Shown here piece by piece: positions 60,936-64,000 of a stretch of 64,000 nucleotides of DNA. The stretch lies in the NCBI GenBank assembly GCA_020891255.1, contig BQFW01000013.1, positions 2,170,001-2,234,000 of the forward strand, read 5' to 3'. How positions within the stretch are numbered: position 1 is the first letter of the stretch; every line of letters begins with the position of its first letter. A program made the position numbers and the translations under genes. The notes under the pieces were generated by a model. It was not told where the DNA came from. It saw only the letters and a list, made by a program, of their open reading frames with translations, and made no database searches. The stretch is from Entomortierella parvispora E1425 (Eukaryota; Fungi; Mortierellomycota).

Positions 60936-61001
60936 AGGCAGCATCATTTCTTAGTCGCATGGAAAGGCTACGGCAGAGAAGCAGACGAATGGGTCCCTTT
61001 A
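60936..61001 (+). mobile_element. Second, shorter chromodomain relic
   Basis: RQHHFLVAWKGYGREADEWVP; nucleotide near-copy of 57107-57169. Confidence 0.75.
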
Positions 61002-61189
61002 AGCCATCACTCGTCCACGGTTCCTTGCCCCTGATAATCTTGAGAGCCTGCCCCCATGCGATAGATCCTGTCGCTATGTTGGTCAATGCGACTATTCTGA
61101 ATGCACGAGTAATACGCTAGTACGTAAATAGGTGCAGTTAAGCAGAATATGCGCAATTGTCTTACCAGGCATATCTCAATATAGAGAGG

Positions 61190-62070
61190 TGGAAGCGGGT
61201 CCAGCAGGAGACCTTGGAGAGAGATGAGTAGATACTGGATTGTGTACACCCGGACTGAGCGCTGCTGCCATGGTTTGGGTTCGGGTGCGGATACTCTACC
61301 ATTACGCCTAGAAGCAAGAGCAGTTTGTATGAGCATGTGTACAAAAGTCCTCGCAGCATTAACGAGAAAACGCAGACATTACCTGATGGTGGTCGTTGGA
61401 CAATGATGTGGGTGTGGGTGTTGTCATTGGGATTCTCAGCAAACAATCGTCTGTTTGTTCAGCCTGGTCGTCATTTCAAAGACGTTGATCACTTTAATTG
61501 AGTCCTAATTGACATCAGAATGGAGACGCACCCACAGAGGACGGGTCTGTGTGTGTCAGGGTGTGCAAGGCAAGTCTGTTGATTTTCTTGACCGTGATTG
61601 AACCCTGGAGTTTCCTGTTGTAATGGCAGGGTGCATGTCGACAGGATACGTATTTGACATGGATTGCTTCCACGAAACAAAGCACGCGCCGCAAGAGGGA
61701 AAATGGCGATGGGGGCTCGAGAGGAGAAAAGCAGGAGATGGGAAACAGCGACGAGACGGGAATGGATTGGAGGAAGGGGAGGACCAAGAAGACAAGAAAG
61801 GTGCGAGGGACGATGGAGAGATGCATGCTATGATCGTATCAGAAGCATGAGAAGCAGCATGACACGAGCTGTTATCGTTATTTCCTGCTCTGCAGGGAAA
61901 TAAAGAGGTGCATGCCTGCCCCCTTTTCTCGTTCGTCCCCTTGGCGTTTCTCTGTCTTCTTTTTCTCGTTAATAATCCCTCCATCCCCCCCCTTTCCCTC
62001 CCTTAATCAGATCTTCTCTACTGATCATGGAGCCACCTTGCCCTGCATCTGCTTCCCTTCACACTCTTGC
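61190..62070. repeat. Repeat family R2, copy C
   Basis: Co-linear with ~32420-33295. Confidence 0.85.
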
Positions 62071-62169
62071 TGGCCATGACTTTATACTGCGTTGCAGACA
62101 CGTTCTTGAATGTGAGGGTAATTGCCAACCAAGCTTTCTCTCTTTGTGACTCTTTGCTCATCTCCTTCG

Positions 62170-62720
62170 TGATAGATCGGAAGCAAGTCTACAGCGTCCG
62201 ATGTACATCAACCTTGGCGCCTGAAATCATGGACGAACTAGACCAACCTCATGTGTTGCAGCGGAAGCAACCATGGTGATTCAACATTCACGTAATGAGG
62301 ACAGGACGACGCCTTACCACAGACTTGCTTGCTGCCACACTCGTCTTTCTTCAAGGACGCCGTAGACTTCATAGAGGACCGTGTCGTTTGTGATGCTGTT
62401 TTTCTTGGGCAGTGGCGTTCGACAGATAGGAGATTGGCAGGATACACCTCATGCTGAAGTTTGGATTCTTCGTATCGTAGATCAAATTGATCCAGCAACA
62501 CCTGCTGGCCAGAATTGAGTTAGTACGGCACGTAACTCAGGATCGGCAATGTGCTGGTGGCCACCTTTGGACAAGGATTGCTTATTTACTTTGACGCACG
62601 GATACTTAACATTATAGGAAGGAATTGCTCCAACAATAGGACCCGATCTTGCATCCACTCATCAGCTTGCTTCTAGTCTGTAAATTCTCAGCTACTCGAT
62701 GAATATGTGAGCTGAGCATG

Positions 62721-62754
<34 letters not shown>

Positions 62755-63570
62755 CCTAGCATCGTTGCGACTTGGGCGACATACAAGGCCTCACAGGACT
62801 GCCAGAATTAGTCTAGGCAGGCGTCGTGCTGGAAAATGGAGAGTTCGAATCATTTGGAAAAGTAGAAAACAAGGCACGTCTTTGTTCATCCGAGCATTTT
62901 TTTGGCGATAATTGCAAAGATGGCGCAGCAGTCCTTGCAATGCTGCAGGTGCCAAGTTGTTGAAAAGATTGACTATATCTTTCTACCTGTGTAAGTATTC
63001 TTGCTCTTAGATTCTGATCAACTGTATTATTGGGTGCAATATTGGCAACCCCTCTGGACTACGCAATCTTGTTAAGGTAGACCAAGGTAGACCAAGGCAG
63101 GCGTCAAGAAGTTCATGTGGACGAAATGTTGGTGCACCGGATTGCTTCATTGAGCCCTTTTAAGATCTGGATGATGTCCCATCCTTCAATATTTGCCACA
63201 TGTGTCTACAAGGCACATATGTAAGTCTCGACCCTCTGAAGCGATCATGAAGCACATATCATTCTAATAAACAATCTACCATGTTGGATCCCTGAAATGA
63301 GAAGCAATTGACCCTTGGATACCACAGTACGATATTGTCGCGAAAAACGTTCTCAACCAAAGACAACTTTTAATTAATACTTAACAGAAAAATCGTATCA
63401 GCCTACGAGAATTTCCAGCTCTTTGCTGGCTACAAGTATGACCACCATCTCCATGGTCGAACAACGTGAAGACCGAAGGTTGATTTTCGACGGGAGAATA
63501 ACTCTTCTCGTCGTGATTACTCCACTGCTTATCGTCTTTTCATCTTGTCCTTCTTGCTTTTAGCATTCTT
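62170..63570. repeat. Repeat family R1, copy 4, directly 3' of NLR3
   Basis: Co-linear with ~5200-6500, including cgttgcgact.gggcgaca, gagagttcgaat.atttggaaaagtaga and the segment next to the NLR stop. Confidence 0.8.
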
Positions 63571-63639
63571 TCATTAAATGGAAGCTTTAGTTTCTGAGCA
63601 CGAACCACATATAGTTGTGAAAGGCCTTTTATTCAGACA

Positions 63640-64000
63640 TCACAGCTCCAACCCCTGTTTATCATGGATAGCTCTGAACGCAGATAAGATTTTCTCCTGC
63701 ACGTCACTGTCAATGTTCTCTGAGATCTCGCGTTTCTCTGTATGGATCCGCAATCTGCCGTCTTGTACTTGTAAAGATAGAACACGCCTGCAGCTATACT
63801 GAAATAGAAAGCTCTCATATACGCTCTCTATGTCATCTTTCGAGAGTTGTGGAAGAGCGACGCGTATGGAATGGGAATGTTGCTGAAGAACCTGTGAAGC
63901 ATGGATCCTGGCTGCTTTGTGTCCGTCCTTGAGTAGAGCAATGAGAAAATGTACCACTAATTCGGGTAACTCGGGTTGATTGCCCAATGCTCTTACTGCC
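63640..64000 (-). CDS. C-terminus of a third NLR-HEAT paralog (runs off the right edge)
   Basis: LGNQPELPELVVHFLIALLKDG...LPQLSKDDIESVYESFLFQYSCRRVLSLQVQDGRLRIHTEK...DSDVQEKILSAFRAIHDKQGLEL closely matches the NLR1 C-terminus. Confidence 0.85.
   Translation of the reverse strand, partial: AVRALGNQPELPELVVHFLIALLKDGHKAARIHASQVLQQHSHSIRVALPQLSKDDIESVYESFLFQYSCRRVLSLQVQDGRLRIHTEKREISENIDSDVQEKILSAFRAIHDKQGLEL

Noticed and set aside
1-64000. tRNA, rRNA or telomeric repeats
   Set aside because: No cloverleaf/T-loop consensus, rRNA-like segment or telomere array was noticed by eye; a tRNAscan/Infernal run would be needed to exclude them.

Overview
Eukaryotic, intron-containing DNA, most likely from a Mortierellaceae-type (Mucoromycota) fungus. 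The taxon is inferred from gene families and intron style, not from a marker gene. The window is a repeat-rich, fast-evolving conflict/defence-like region. It holds three NACHT-HEAT NLR-like paralogs (two complete, one cut by the right edge) plus a NACHT pseudogene fragment, an inverted pair of Crinkler-NTD + AAA-NTPase + PD-(D/E)XK genes (one intact, one broken), another PD-(D/E)XK gene, an IS630/Tc1-like DD34E transposase with a convergent unknown ORF, an F-box/LRR gene, a GH5 glucanase, a small secreted two-Cys peptide, Ty3/gypsy relics and several dispersed or tandem repeat families. The standout is a five-exon, ~1348-aa gene (complement 35661-40047) fusing an N-terminal FEN1/XPG-like PIN 5'-nuclease to a C-terminal Fanzor/TnpB-type RuvC-Zn finger with all three catalytic residues present. 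A truncated sister copy with a similar upstream module follows it head-to-tail. Exon models were built by hand from GT(GC)-AG sites and frame continuity. Domain names come from motif recognition; no database search was run.
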